Shown here piece by piece: positions 13,001 through 28,000 of a stretch of 64,000 bases of DNA. Under the pieces are notes generated by a model. That model searched no databases. It was not told the origin of the DNA and saw only the letters and a list, made by a program, of their open reading frames with translations. How positions within the stretch are numbered: position 1 is the first letter of the stretch; every line of letters starts with the position of its first letter. The stretch comes from Obrimoposthia wandeli. Lineage: Eukaryota. The stretch covers positions 186,001 through 250,000 of the forward strand of contig CDROCS010001361.1 in the NCBI GenBank assembly GCA_977020255.1, given 5' to 3'. The position numbers and the translations under genes are program-made.

Positions 13001-16000
13001 GAGACCAAATCCCAAAAAGCCGAAAGACGGTTTGGTTTTGACTACAGGAACCAAGAAGATCGTGGTAAGAATCAGTGAGGGCAAGAAACCGACGAAGCCG
13101 AACAAAATCACAACAACTGGAGTAAAATTGCCAGAAGAAAATCCAGATAAGAAGGTGAGTGACATATTTGAATCAGTAACGGTGACGTTTGTGAAAGAGA
13201 TTAAGCCAAAGAAGGGCAGCAACGTTCCGAGAAAAGTAAGAGAGACTATTAAAGTTCCGAAGGAGATCACTGTAGAAGAATTGGAAAATGTTGTCAGTGA
13301 CAGAAAGAAACCACGAAATGTGAAGAAGATCATTATTGAGTTGGTGGTGAAGAAGCCAGTAAAGACTACATTGAACGTGAAAGGTTGCGTGAAGAGACGC
13401 ATTGTGACGACAAGCACAACGAAAAAGAGCAAACCCGAAACGACAACAACAACAAAGAAGCCGGTCAAGGCCTGCACAATCAAGAAAATATTGCAAGACA
13501 AGAGACTGACTGACATCAAAGTGACACCAAAGGTAACGAAAGAAGACGAAGATAAATTGAGACCAAATCCCAAAAATCCAAAAGACGGTTTGGTCTTGAC
13601 TACAGGAAACAAGAAGATCGTGGTAAGAATCAGTGAGGGCAAGAAGCCGAAGAAGCCAAACAGAATCACGAAAACTGGCCTGAAATTCCCAGACGAAACG
13701 CCAGACAAGAAGGTGGGCGACATCTTTGAGTCAGTAACGGTGACGTTTGTGAAAGAAGTCAAACCGAAGAAGGGCAGCAACGAACCGAGAAGAGTAAAAC
13801 AGATTATCACAGTACCGAAAACGAGCACTCTAAAGAAACTGAATAATGTCGTCAGCGACAAAAATACACCACGAAATGTGAAGAAGATCATTATTGAGTT
13901 GGTGGTGAAGAAGCCAGTAAAGACTACATTGAACGTGAAAGGTTGCGTGAAGAGACGCATTGTGACGACAAGCACAACGAAGAAGAGCAAACCCGAAACG
14001 ACAACAACAACAAAGAAGCCGCAAGGCCTGCAAACCGAAGAAAATCTTGCAAGACAAGAGACTGACTGATATCAAAGTGACACCAAAGGTAACGAAAGAA
14101 GATGAAGATAAATTGAGACCAAATCCCAAAAAGCCGAAAGACGGTTTGGTTTTGACTACAGGAACCAAGAAGATCGTGGTAAGAATCAGTGAGGGCAAGA
14201 AACCGACGAAGCCGAACAAAATCACAACAACTGGAGTAAAATTGCCAGAAGAAAATCAGATAAGAAGGTGAGTGACATATTTGAATCAGTAACGGTGACG
14301 TTTGTGAAAGAGATTAAGCCAAAGAAGGGCAGCAACGTTCCGAGAAAAGTAAGAGAGACTATTAAAGTTCCGAAGGAGATCACTGTAGAAGAATTGGAAA
14401 ATGTTGTCAGTGACAGAAAGAAACCACGAAATGTGAAGAAGATCATTATTGAGTTGGTGGTGAAGAAGCCAGTAAAGACTACATTGAACGTGAAAGGTTG
14501 CGTGAAGAGACGCATTGTGACGACAAGCACAACGACACAGCGCAACTCCGAAACGACAACAACAACAAAGAAGCCGGTCAAGGCCTGCACAATCAAGAAA
14601 ATCTTGCAAGACAAGAGACTGACTGACATCAAAGTGACACCAAAGGTAACGAAAGAAGACGAAGATAAATTGAGACCAAATCCCAAAAAGCCGAAAGACG
14701 GTTTGGTTTTGACTACAGGAACCAAGAAGATCGTGGTAAGAATCAGTGAGGGCAAGAAACCGACGAAGCCGAACAGAATCACAGCAACTGGAGTAAAATT
14801 GCCAGAAGAAACGCCAGACAAGAAGGTGGGCGACATCTTTGAGTCAGTAACGGTGACGTTTGTGAAAGAAGTCAAACCGAAGAAGGGCAGCAACGAACCG
14901 AGAAGAGTAAAACAGATTATCACAGTACCGAAAACGAGCACTCTAAAGAAACTGAATAATGTCGTCAGCGACAGAAAGACACCACGAAATGTGAAGAAGA
15001 TCATTATTGAGTTGGTGGTGAAGAAGCCAGTAAAGACTACATTGAACGTGAAAGGTTGCGTGAAGAGACGCATTGTGACGACAAGCACAACGAAGAAGAG
15101 CAAACCCGAAACGACAACAACAACAAAGAAGCCGGTCAAGGCCTGCACAATCAAGAAAATCTTGCAAGACAAGAGACTGACTGACATCAAAGTGACACCA
15201 AAGGTAACGAAAGAAGACGAAGATAAATTGAGACCAAATCCCAAAAAGCCGAAAGACGGTTTGGTTTTGACTACAGGAACCAAGAAGATCGTGGTAAGAA
15301 TCAGTGAGGGCAAGAAACCGACGAAGCCGAACAGAATCACGAGAACTGGCCTGAAATTCCCAGACGAAACGCCAGACAAGAAGGTGGGCGACATCTTTGA
15401 GTCAGTAACGGTGACGTTTGTGAAAGAAGTCAAACCGAAGAAGGGCAGCAACGAACCGAGAAGAGTAAAACAGATTATCACAGTACCGAAAACGAGCACT
15501 CTAAAGAAACTGAATAATGTCGTCAGCGACAAAAATACACCACGAAATGTGAAGAAGATCATTATTGAGTTGGTGGTGAAGAAGCCAGTAAAGACTACAT
15601 TGAACGTGAAAGGTTGCGTGAAGAGACGCATTGTGACGACAAGCACAACGAAGAAGAGCAAACCCGAAACGACAACAACAACAAAGAAACCGGTCAAGGC
15701 CTGCAAACCGAAGAAAATCTTGCAAGACAAGAGACTGACTGATATCAAAGTGACACCAAAGGTAACGAAAGAAGATGAAGATAAATTGAGACCAAATCCC
15801 AAAAAGCCGAAAGACGGTTTGGTTTTGACTACAGGAACCAAGAAGATCGTGGTAAGAATCAGTGAGGGCAAGAAACCGACGAAGCCGAACAAAATCACAA
15901 CAACTGGAGTAAAATTGCCAGAAGAAAATCCAGATAAGAAGGTGAGTGACATATTTGAATCAGTAACGGTGACGTTTGTGAAAGAGATTAAGCCAAAGAA

Positions 16001-19000
16001 GGGCAGCAACGTTCCGAGAAAAGTAAGAGAGACTATTAAAGTTCCGAAGGAGATCACTGTAGAAGAATTGGAAAATGTTGTCAGTGACAGAAAGAAACCA
16101 CGAAATGTGAAGAAGATCATTATTGAGTTGGTGGTGAAGAAGCCAGTAAAGACTACATTGAACGTGAAAGGTTGCGTGAAGAGACGCATTGTGACGACAA
16201 GCACAACGAAAAAGAGCAAACCCGAAACGACAACAACAACAAAGAAGCCGGTCAAGGCCTGCACAATCAAGAAAATATTGCAAGACAAGAGACTGACTGA
16301 CATCAAAGTGACACCAAAGGTAACGAAAGAAGACGAAGATAAATTGAGACCAAATCCCAAAAAACCGAAAGACGGTTTGGTCTTGACTACAGGAAACAAG
16401 AAGATCGTGGTAAGAATCAGTGAGGGCAAGAAGCCGAAGAAGCCAAACAGAATCACGAAAACTGGCCTGAAATTCCCAGACGAAACTCCAGACAAGAAGG
16501 TGGGCGACATCTTTGAGTCAGTAACGGTGACGTTTGTGAAAGAAGTCAAACCGAAGAAGGGCAGCAACGAACCGAGAAGAGTAAAACAGATTATCACAGT
16601 ACCGAAAACGAGCACTCTAAAGAAACTGAATAATGTCGTCAGCGACAGAAAGAAACCACGAAATGTGAAGAAGATCATTATTGAGTTGGTGGTGAAGAAG
16701 CCAGTAAAGACTACATTGAACGTGAAAGGTTGCGTGAAGAGACGCATTGTGACGACAAGCACAACGAAGAAGAGCAAACCCGAAACGACAACAACAACAA
16801 AGAAGCCGGTCAAGGCCTGCACAATCAAGAAAATCTTGCAAGACAAGAGACTGACTGACATCAAAGTGACACCAAAGGTAACGAAAGAAGACGAAGATAA
16901 ATTGAGACCAAATCCCAAAAAGCCGAAAGACGGTTTGGTTTTGACTACAGGAACCAAGAAGATCGTGGTAAGAATCAGTGAGGGCAAGAAACAGAAGAAG
17001 CCAACAGAATCACGAAAACGGGCCTTAAATTCCCAGACGAAACGCCAGACAAGAAGGTGGGCGACATCTTTGAGTCAGTAACGGTGACGTTTGTGAAAGA
17101 AGTCAAACCGAAGAAGGGCAGCAACAAACCGAGAAGAGTAAAACAGATTATCACAGTACCGAAAACGAGCACTCTAAAGAAACTGAATAATGTCGTCAGC
17201 GACAGCAAGACACCACGAAATGTGAAGAAGATCATTATTGAGTTGGTGGTGAAGAAGCCAGTAAAGACTACATTGAACGTGAAAGGTTGCGTGAAGAGAC
17301 GCATTGTGACGACAAGCACAACGAAGAAGAGCAAACCCGAAACGACAACAACAACAAAGAAGCCGGTCAAGGCCTGCACAATCAAGAAAATCTTGCAAGA
17401 CAAGAGACTGACTGATATCAAAGTGACACCAAAGGTAACGAAAGAAGATGAAGATAAATTGAGACCAAATCCCAAAAAGCCGAAAGACGGTTTGGTTTTG
17501 ACTACAGGAACCAAGAAGATCGTGGTAAGAATCAGTGAGGGCAAGAAACCGACGAAGCCGAACAGAATCACAGCAACTGGAGTAAAATTGCCAGAAGAAA
17601 ATCCAGATAAGAAGGTGAGTGACATATTTGAATCAGTAACGGTGACGTTTGTGAAAGAGATTAAGCCAAAGAAGGGCAGCAACGTTCCGAGAAAAGTAAG
17701 AGAGACTATTAAAGTTCCGAAGGAGATCACTGTAGAAGAATTGGAAAATGTTGTCAGTGACAGAAAGAAACCACGAAATGTGAAGAAGATCATTATTGAG
17801 TTGGTGGTGAAGAAGCCAGTAAAGACTACATTGAACGTGAAAGGTTGCGTGAAGAGACGCATTGTGACGACAAGCACAACGAAAAAGAGCAAACCCGAAA
17901 CGACAACAACAACAAAGAAGCCGGTCAAGGCCTGCACAATCAAGAAAATATTGCAAGACAAGAGACTGACTGACATCAAAGTGACACCAAAGGTAACGAA
18001 AGAAGACGAAGATAAATTGAGACCAAATCCCAAAAATCCAAAATACTTTTTGGTCTTGACTACAGGAAACAAGAAGATCGTGGTAAGAATCAGTGAGGGC
18101 AAGAAGCCGAAGAAGCCAAACAGAATCACGAAAACTGGCCTGAAATTCCCAGACGAAACTCCAGACAAGAAGGTGGGCGACATCTTTGAGTCAGTAACGG
18201 TGACGTTTGTGAAAGAAGTCAAACCGAAGAAGGGCAGCAACGAACCGAGAAGAGTAAAACAGATTATCACAGTACCGAAAACGAGCACTCTAAAGAAACT
18301 GAATAATGTCGTCAGCGACAAAAATACACCACGAAATGTGAAGAAGATCATTATTGAGTTGGTGGTGAAGAAGCCAGTAAAGACTACATTGAACGTGAAA
18401 GGTTGCGTGAAGAGACGCATTGTGACGACAAGCACAACGAAGAAGAGCAAACCCGAAACGACAACAACAACAAAGAAGCCGCCCAAGGCCTGCAAACCGA
18501 AGAAAATCTTGCAAGACAAGAGACTGACTGATATCAAAGTGACACCAAAGGTAACGAAAGAAGATGAAGATAAATTGAGACCAAATCCCAAAAAGCCGAA
18601 AGACGGTTTGGTTTTGACTACAGGAACCAAGAAGATCGTGGTAAGAATCAGTGAGGGCAAGAAACCGACGAAGCCGAACAAAATCACAACAACTGGAGTA
18701 AAATTGCCAGAAGAAAATCCAGATAAGAAGGTGAGTGACATATTTGAATCAGTAACGGTGACGTTTGTGAAAGAAGTCAAACCGAAGAAGGGCAGCAACG
18801 TTCCGAGAAAAGTAAGAGAGACTATTAAAGTTCCGAAGGAGATCACTGTAGAAGAATTGGAAAATGTTGTCAGTGACAGAAAGAAACCACGAAATGTGAA
18901 GAAGATCATTATTGAGTTGGTGGTGAAGAAGCCAGTAAAGACTACATTGAACGTGAAAGGTTGCGTGAAGAGACGCATTGTGACGACAAGCACAACGAAA

Positions 19001-22000
19001 AAGAGCAAACCCGAAACGACAACAACAACAAAGAAGCCGGTCAAGGCCTGCACAATCAAGAAAATATTGCAAGACAAGAGACTGACTGACATCAAAGTGA
19101 CACCAAAGGTAACGAAAGAAGACGAAGATAAATTGAGACCAAATCCCAAAAAACCGAAAGACGGTTTGGTCTTGACTACAGGAAACAAGAAGATCGTGGT
19201 AAGAATCAGTGAGGGCAAGAAGCCGAAGAAGCCAAACAGAATCACGAAAACTGGCCTGAAATTCCCAGACGAAACTCCAGACAAGAAGGTGGGCGACATC
19301 TTTGAGTCAGTAACGGTGACGTTTGTGAAAGAAGTCAAACCGAAGAAGGGCAGCAACGAACCGAGAAGAGTAAAACAGATTATCACAGTACCGAAAACGA
19401 GCACTCTAAAGAAACTGAATAATGTCGTCAGCGACAAAAATACACCACGAAATGTGAAGAAGATCATTATTGAGTTGGTGGTGAAGAAGCCAGTAAAGAC
19501 TACATTGAACGTGAAAGGTTGCGTGAAGAGACGCATTGTGACGACAAGCACAACGAAGAAGAGCAAACCCGAAACGACAACAACAACAAAGAAACCGGTC
19601 AAGGCCTGCAAACCGAAGAAAATCTTGCAAGACAAGAGACTGACTGATATCAAAGTGACACCAAAGGTAACGAAAGAAGATGAAGATAAATTGAGACCAA
19701 ATCCCAAAAAGCCGAAAGACGGTTTGGTTTTGACTACAGGAACCAAGAAGATCGTGGTAAGAATCAGTGAGGGCAAGAAACCGACGAAGCCGAACAAAAT
19801 CACAACAACTGGAGTAAAATTGCCAGAAGAAAATCCAGATAAGAAGGTGAGTGACATATTTGAATCAGTAACGGTGACGTTTGTGAAAGAGATTAAGCCA
19901 AAGAAGGGCAGCAACGTTCCGAGAAAAGTAAGAGAGACTATTAAAGTTCCGAAGGAGATCACTGTAGAAGAATTGGAAAATGTTGTCAGTGACAGAAAGA
20001 AACCACGAAATGTGAAGAAGATCATTATTGAGTTGGTGGTGAAGAAGCCAGTAAAGACTACATTGAACGTGAAAGGTTGCGTGAAGAGACGCATTGTGAC
20101 GACAAGCACAACGAAAAAGAGCAAACCCGAAACGACAACAACAACAAAGAAGCCGGTCAAGGCCTGCACAATCAAGAAAATATTGCAAGACAAGAGACTG
20201 ACTGACATCAAAGTGACACCAAAGGTAACGAAAGAAGACGAAGATAAATTGAGACCAAATCCCAAAAAGCCGAAAGACGGTTTGGTTTTGACTACAGGAA
20301 CCAAGAAGATCGTGGTAAGAATCAGTGAGGGCAAGAAGCCGAAGAAGCCAAACAGAATCACGAAAACTGGCCTGAAATTCCCAGACGAAACGCCAGACAA
20401 GAAGGTGGGCGACATCTTTGAGTCAGTAACGGTGACGTTTGTGAAAGAAGTCAAACCGAAGAAGGGCAGCAACGAACCGAGAAGAGTAAAACAGATTATC
20501 ACAGTACCGAAAACGAGCACTCTAAAGAAACTGAATAATGTCGTCAGCGACAAAAATACACCACGAAATGTGAAGAAGATCATTATTGAGTTGGTGGTGA
20601 AGAAGCCAGTAAAGACTACATTGAACGTGAAAGGTTGCGTGAAGAGACGCATTGTGACGACAAGCACAACGAAGAAGAGCAAACCCGAAACGACAACAAC
20701 AACAAAGAAACCGGTCAAGGCCTGCAAACCGAAGAAAATCTTGCAAGACAAGAGACTGACTGATATCAAAGTGACACCAAAGGTAACGAAAGAAGATGAA
20801 GATAAATTGAGACCAAATCCCAAAAAGCCGAAAGACGGTTTGGTTTTGACTACAGGAACCAAGAAGATCGTGGTAAGAATCAGTGAGGGCAAGAAACCGA
20901 CGAAGCCGAACAGAATCACAGCAACTGGAGTAAAATTGCCAGAAGAAAATCCAGATAAGAAGGTGAGTGACATATTTGAATCAGTAACGGTGACGTTTGT
21001 GAAAGAGATTAAGCCAAAGAAGGGCAGCAACGTTCCGAGAAAAGTAAGAGAGACTATTAAAGTTCCGAAAGAGATCACTGTAGAAGAATTGGAAAATGTT
21101 GTCAGTGGCAGAAAGAAACCACGAAATGTGAAGAAGATCATTATTGAGTTGGTGGTGAAGAAGCCAGTAAAGACTACATTGAACGTGAAAGGTTGCGTGA
21201 AGAGACGCATTGTGACGACAAGCACAACGAAGAAGAGCAAACCCGAAACGACAACAACAACAAAGAAGCCGGTCAAGGCCTGCACAATCAAGAAAATCTT
21301 GCAAGACAAGAGACTGACTGACATCAAAGTGACACCAAAGGTAACGAAAGAAGACGAAGATAAATTGAGACCAAATCCCAAAAAGCCGAAAGACGGTTTG
21401 GTTTTGACTACAGGAACCAAGAAGATCGTGGTAAGAATCAGTGAGGGCAAGAAACCGACGAAGCCGAACAGAATCACGAGAACTGGCCTGAAATTCCCAG
21501 ACGAAACGCCAGACAAGAAGGTGGGCGACATCTTTGAGTCAGTAACGGTGACGTTTGTGAAAGAAGTCAAACCGAAGAAGGGCAGCAACGAACCGAGAAG
21601 AGTAAAACAGATTATCACAGTACCGAAAACGAGCACTCTAAAGAAACTGAATAATGTCGTCAGCGACAGCAAGACACCACGAAATGTGAAGAAGATCATT
21701 ATTGAGTTGGTGGTGAAGAAGCCAGTAAAGACTACATTGAACGTGAAAGGTTGCGTGAAGAGACGCATTGTGACGACAAGCACAACGAAGAAGAGCAAAC
21801 CCGAAACGACAACAACAACAAAGAAGCCGGTCAAGGCCTGCACAATCAAGAAAATCTTGCAAGACAAGAGACTGACTGACATCAAAGTGACACCAAAGGT
21901 AACGAAAGAAGACGAAGATAAATTGAGACCAAATCCCAAAAAGCCGAAAGACGGTTTGGTTTTGACTACAGGAACCAAGAAGATCGTGGTAAGAATCAGT

Positions 22001-25000
22001 GAGGGCAAGAAACCGACGAAGCCGAACAGAATCACGAGAACTGGCCTGAAATTCCCAGACGAAACGCCAGACAAGAAGGTGGGCGACATCTTTGAGTCAG
22101 TAACGGTGACGTTTGTGAAAGAAGTCAAACCGAAGAAGGGCAGCAACGAACCGAGAAGAGTAAAACAGATTATCACAGTACCGAAAACGAGCACTCTAAA
22201 GAAACTGAATAATGTCGTCAGCGACAGCAAGACACCACGAAATGTGAAGAAGATCATTATTGAGTTGGTGGTGAAGAAGCCAGTAAAGACTACATTGAAC
22301 GTGAAAGGTTGCGTGAAGAGACGCATTGTGACGACAAGCACAACGAAGAAGAGCAAACCCGAAACGACAACAACAACAAAGAAGCCGGTCAAGGCCTGCA
22401 CAATCAAGAAAATCTTGCAAGACAAGAGACTGACTGACATCAAAGTGACACCAAAGGTAACGAAAGAAGACGAAGATAAATTGAGACCAAATCCCAAAAA
22501 GCCGAAAGACGGTTTGGTTTTGACTACAGGAACCAAGAAGATCGTGGTAAGAATCAGTGAGGGCAAGAAACCGACGAAGCCGAACAGAATCACGAGAACT
22601 GGCCTGAAATTCCCAGACGAAACGCCAGACAAGAAGGTGGGCGACATCTTTGAGTCAGTAACGGTGACGTTTGTGAAAGAAGTCAAACCGAAGAAGGGCA
22701 GCAACGAACCGAGAAGAGTAAAACAGATTATCACAGTACCGAAAACGAGCACTCTAAAGAAACTGAATAATGTCGTCAGCGACAGCAAGACACCACGAAA
22801 TGTGAAGAAGATCATTATTGAGTTGGTGGTGAAGAAGCCAGTAAAGACTACATTGAACGTGAAAGGTTGCGTGAAGAGACGCATTGTGACGACAAGCACA
22901 ACGAAGAAGAGCAAACCCGAAACGACAACAACAACAAAGAAGCCGGTCAAGGCCTGCACAATCAAGAAAATCTTGCAAGACAAGAGACTGACTGACATCA
23001 AAGTGACACCAAAGGTAACGAAAGAAGACGAAGATAAATTGAGACCAAATCCCAAAAAGCCGAAAGACGGTTTGGTTTTGACTACAGGAACCAAGAAGAT
23101 CGTGGTAAGAATCAGTGAGGGCAAGAAACCGACGAAGCCGAACAGAATCACGAGAACTGGCCTGAAATTCCCAGACGAAACGCCAGACAAGAAGGTGGGC
23201 GACATCTTTGAGTCAGTAACGGTGACGTTTGTGAAAGAAGTCAAACCGAAGAAGGGCAGCAACGAACCGAGAAGAGTAAAACAGATTATCACAGTACCGA
23301 AAACGAGCACTCTAAAGAAACTGAATAATGTCGTCAGCGACAGCAAGACACCACGAAATGTGAAGAAGATCATTATTGAGTTGGTGGTGAAGAAGCCAGT
23401 AAAGACTACATTGAACGTGAAAGGTTGCGTGAAGAGACGCATTGTGACGACAAGCACAACGAAGAAGAGCAAACCCGAAACGACAACAACAACAAAGAAG
23501 CCGGTCAAGGCCTGCACAATCAAGAAAATCTTGCAAGACAAGAGACTGACTGACATCAAAGTGACACCAAAGGTAACGAAAGAAGACGAAGATAAATTGA
23601 GACCAAATCCCAAAAAGCCGAAAGACGGTTTGGTTTTGACTACAGGAACCAAGAAGATCGTGGTAAGAATCAGTGAGGGCAAGAAACCGACGAAGCCGAA
23701 CAGAATCACGAGAACTGGCCTGAAATTCCCAGACGAAACGCCAGACAAGAAGGTGGGCGACATCTTTGAGTCAGTAACGGTGACGTTTGTGAAAGAAGTC
23801 AAACCGAAGAAGGGCAGCAACGAACCGAGAAGAGTAAAACAGATTATCACAGTACCGAAAACGAGCACTCTAAAGAAACTGAATAATGTCGTCAGCGACA
23901 GCAAGACACCACGAAATGTGAAGAAGATCATTATTGAGTTGGTGGTGAAGAAGCCAGTAAAGACTACATTGAACGTGAAAGGTTGCGTGAAGAGACGCAT
24001 TGTGACGACAAGCACAACGAAGAAGAGCAAACCCGAAACGACAACAACAACAAAGAAGCCGGTCAAGGCCTGCACAATCAAGAAAATCTTGCAAGACAAG
24101 AGACTGACTGACATCAAAGTGACACCAAAGGTAACGAAAGAAGACGAAGATAAATTGAGACCAAATCCCAAAAAGCCGAAAGACGGTTTGGTTTTGACTA
24201 CAGGAACCAAGAAGATCGTGGTAAGAATCAGTGAGGGCAAGAAACCGACGAAGCCGAACAGAATCACGAGAACTGGCCTGAAATTCCCAGACGAAACGCC
24301 AGACAAGAAGGTGGGCGACATCTTTGAGTCAGTAACGGTGACGTTTGTGAAAGAAGTCAAACCGAAGAAGGGCAGCAACGAACCGAGAAGAGTAAAACAG
24401 ATTATCACAGTACCGAAAACGAGCACTCTAAAGAAACTGAATAATGTCGTCAGCGACAGCAAGACACCACGAAATGTGAAGAAGATCATTATTGAGTTGG
24501 TGGTGAAGAAGCCAGTAAAGACTACATTGAACGTGAAAGGTTGCGTGAAGAGACGCATTGTGACGACAAGCACAACGAAGAAGAGCAAACCCGAAACGAC
24601 AACAACAACAAAGAAGCCGGTCAAGGCCTGCACAATCAAGAAAATCTTGCAAGACAAGAGACTGACTGACATCAAAGTGACACCAAAGGTAACGAAAGAA
24701 GACGAAGATAAATTGAGACCAAATCCCAAAAAGCCGAAAGACGGTTTGGTTTTGACTACAGGAACCAAGAAGATCGTGGTAAGAATCAGTGAGGGCAAGA
24801 AACCGACGAAGCCGAACAGAATCACGAGAACTGGCCTGAAATTCCCAGACGAAACGCCAGACAAGAAGGTGGGCGACATCTTTGAGTCAGTAACGGTGAC
24901 GTTTGTGAAAGAAGTCAAACCGAAGAAGGGCAGCAACGAACCGAGAAGAGTAAAACAGATTATCACAGTACCGAAAACGAGCACTCTAAAGAAACTGAAT

Positions 25001-28000
25001 AATGTCGTCAGCGACAGCAAGACACCACGAAATGTGAAGAAGATCATTATTGAGTTGGTGGTGAAGAAGCCAGTAAAGACTACATTGAACGTGAAAGGTT
25101 GCGTGAAGAGACGCATTGTGACGACAAGCACAACGAAGAAGAGCAAACCCGAAACGACAACAACAACAAAGAAGCCGGTCAAGGCCTGCACAATCAAGAA
25201 AATCTTGCAAGACAAGAGACTGACTGACATCAAAGTGACACCAAAGGTAACGAAAGAAGACGAAGATAAATTGAGACCAAATCCCAAAAAGCCGAAAGAC
25301 GGTTTGGTTTTGACTACAGGAACCAAGAAGATCGTGGTAAGAATCAGTGAGGGCAAGAAACCGACGAAGCCGAACAGAATCACGAGAACTGGCCTGAAAT
25401 TCCCAGACGAAACGCCAGACAAGAAGGTGGGCGACATCTTTGAGTCAGTAACGGTGACGTTTGTGAAAGAAGTCAAACCGAAGAAGGGCAGCAACGAACC
25501 GAGAAGAGTAAAACAGATTATCACAGTACCGAAAACGAGCACTCTAAAGAAACTGAATAATGTCGTCAGCGACAGCAAGACACCACGAAATGTGAAGAAG
25601 ATCATTATTGAGTTGGTGGTGAAGAAGCCAGTAAAGACTACATTGAACGTGAAAGGTTGCGTGAAGAGACGCATTGTGACGACAAGCACAACGAAGAAGA
25701 GCAAACCCGAAACGACAACAACAACAAAGAAGCCGGTCAAGGCCTGCACAATCAAGAAAATCTTGCAAGACAAGAGACTGACTGACATCAAAGTGACACC
25801 AAAGGTAACGAAAGAAGACGAAGATAAATTGAGACCAAATCCCAAAAAGCCGAAAGACGGTTTGGTTTTGACTACAGGAACCAAGAAGATCGTGGTAAGA
25901 ATCAGTGAGGGCAAGAAACCGACGAAGCCGAACAGAATCACGAGAACTGGCCTGAAATTCCCAGACGAAACGCCAGACAAGAAGGTGGGCGACATCTTTG
26001 AGTCAGTAACGGTGACGTTTGTGAAAGAAGTCAAACCGAAGAAGGGCAGCAACGAACCGAGAAGAGTAAAACAGATTATCACAGTACCGAAAACGAGCAC
26101 TCTAAAGAAACTGAATAATGTCGTCAGCGACAGCAAGACACCACGAAATGTGAAGAAGATCATTATTGAGTTGGTGGTGAAGAAGCCAGTAAAGACTACA
26201 TTGAACGTGAAAGGTTGCGTGAAGAGACGCATTGTGACGACAAGCACAACGAAGAAGAGCAAACCCGAAACGACAACAACAACAAAGAAGCCGGTCAAGG
26301 CCTGCACAATCAAGAAAATCTTGCAAGACAAGAGACTGACTGACATCAAAGTGACACCAAAGGTAACGAAAGAAGACGAAGATAAATTGAGACCAAATCC
26401 CAAAAAGCCGAAAGACGGTTTGGTTTTGACTACAGGAACCAAGAAGATCGTGGTAAGAATCAGTGAGGGCAAGAAACCGACGAAGCCGAACAGAATCACG
26501 AGAACTGGCCTGAAATTCCCAGACGAAACGCCAGACAAGAAGGTGGGCGACATCTTTGAGTCAGTAACGGTGACGTTTGTGAAAGAAGTCAAACCGAAGA
26601 AGGGCAGCAACGAACCGAGAAGAGTAAAACAGATTATCACAGTACCGAAAACGAGCACTCTAAAGAAACTGAATAATGTCGTCAGCGACAGCAAGACACC
26701 ACGAAATGTGAAGAAGATCATTATTGAGTTGGTGGTGAAGAAGCCAGTAAAGACTACATTGAACGTGAAAGGTTGCGTGAAGAGACGCATTGTGACGACA
26801 AGCACAACGAAGAAGAGCAAACCCGAAACGACAACAACAACAAAGAAGCCGGTCAAGGCCTGCACAATCAAGAAAATCTTGCAAGACAAGAGACTGACTG
26901 ACATCAAAGTGACACCAAAGGTAACGAAAGAAGACGAAGATAAATTGAGACCAAATCCCAAAAAGCCGAAAGACGGTTTGGTTTTGACTACAGGAACCAA
27001 GAAGATCGTGGTAAGAATCAGTGAGGGCAAGAAACCGACGAAGCCGAACAGAATCACGAGAACTGGCCTGAAATTCCCAGACGAAACGCCAGACAAGAAG
27101 GTGGGCGACATCTTTGAGTCAGTAACGGTGACGTTTGTGAAAGAAGTCAAACCGAAGAAGGGCAGCAACGAACCGAGAAGAGTAAAACAGATTATCACAG
27201 TACCGAAAACGAGCACTCTAAAGAAACTGAATAATGTCGTCAGCGACAGCAAGACACCACGAAATGTGAAGAAGATCATTATTGAGTTGGTGGTGAAGAA
27301 GCCAGTAAAGACTACATTGAACGTGAAAGGTTGCGTGAAGAGACGCATTGTGACGACAAGCACAACGAAGAAGAGCAAACCCGAAACGACAACAACAACA
27401 AAGAAGCCGGTCAAGGCCTGCACAATCAAGAAAATCTTGCAAGACAAGAGACTGACTGACATCAAAGTGACACCAAAGGTAACGAAAGAAGACGAAGATA
27501 AATTGAGACCAAATCCCAAAAGCCGAAAGACGGTTTGGGTTGACTACAGGAACCAAGAAGATCGTGGTAAGAATCAGTGAGGGCAAGAAACCGACGAAGC
27601 CGAACAGAATCACGAGAACTGGCCTGAAATTCCCAGACGAAACGCCAGACAAGAAGGTGGGCGACATCTTTGAGTCAGTAACGGTGACGTTTGTGAAAGA
27701 AGTCAAACCGAAGAAGGGCAGCAACGAACCGAGAAGAGTAAAACAGATTATCACAGTACCGAAAACGAGCACTCTAAAGAAACTGAATAATGTCGTCAGC
27801 GACAGCAAGACACCACGAAATGTGAAGAAGATCATTATTGAGTTGGTGGTGAAGAAGCCAGTAAAGACTACATTGAACGTGAAAGGTTGCGTGAAGAGAC
27901 GCATTGTGACGACAAGCACAACGAAGAAGAGCAAACCCGAAACGACAACAACAACAAAGAAGCCGGTCAAGGCCTGCACAATCAAGAAAATCTTGCAAGA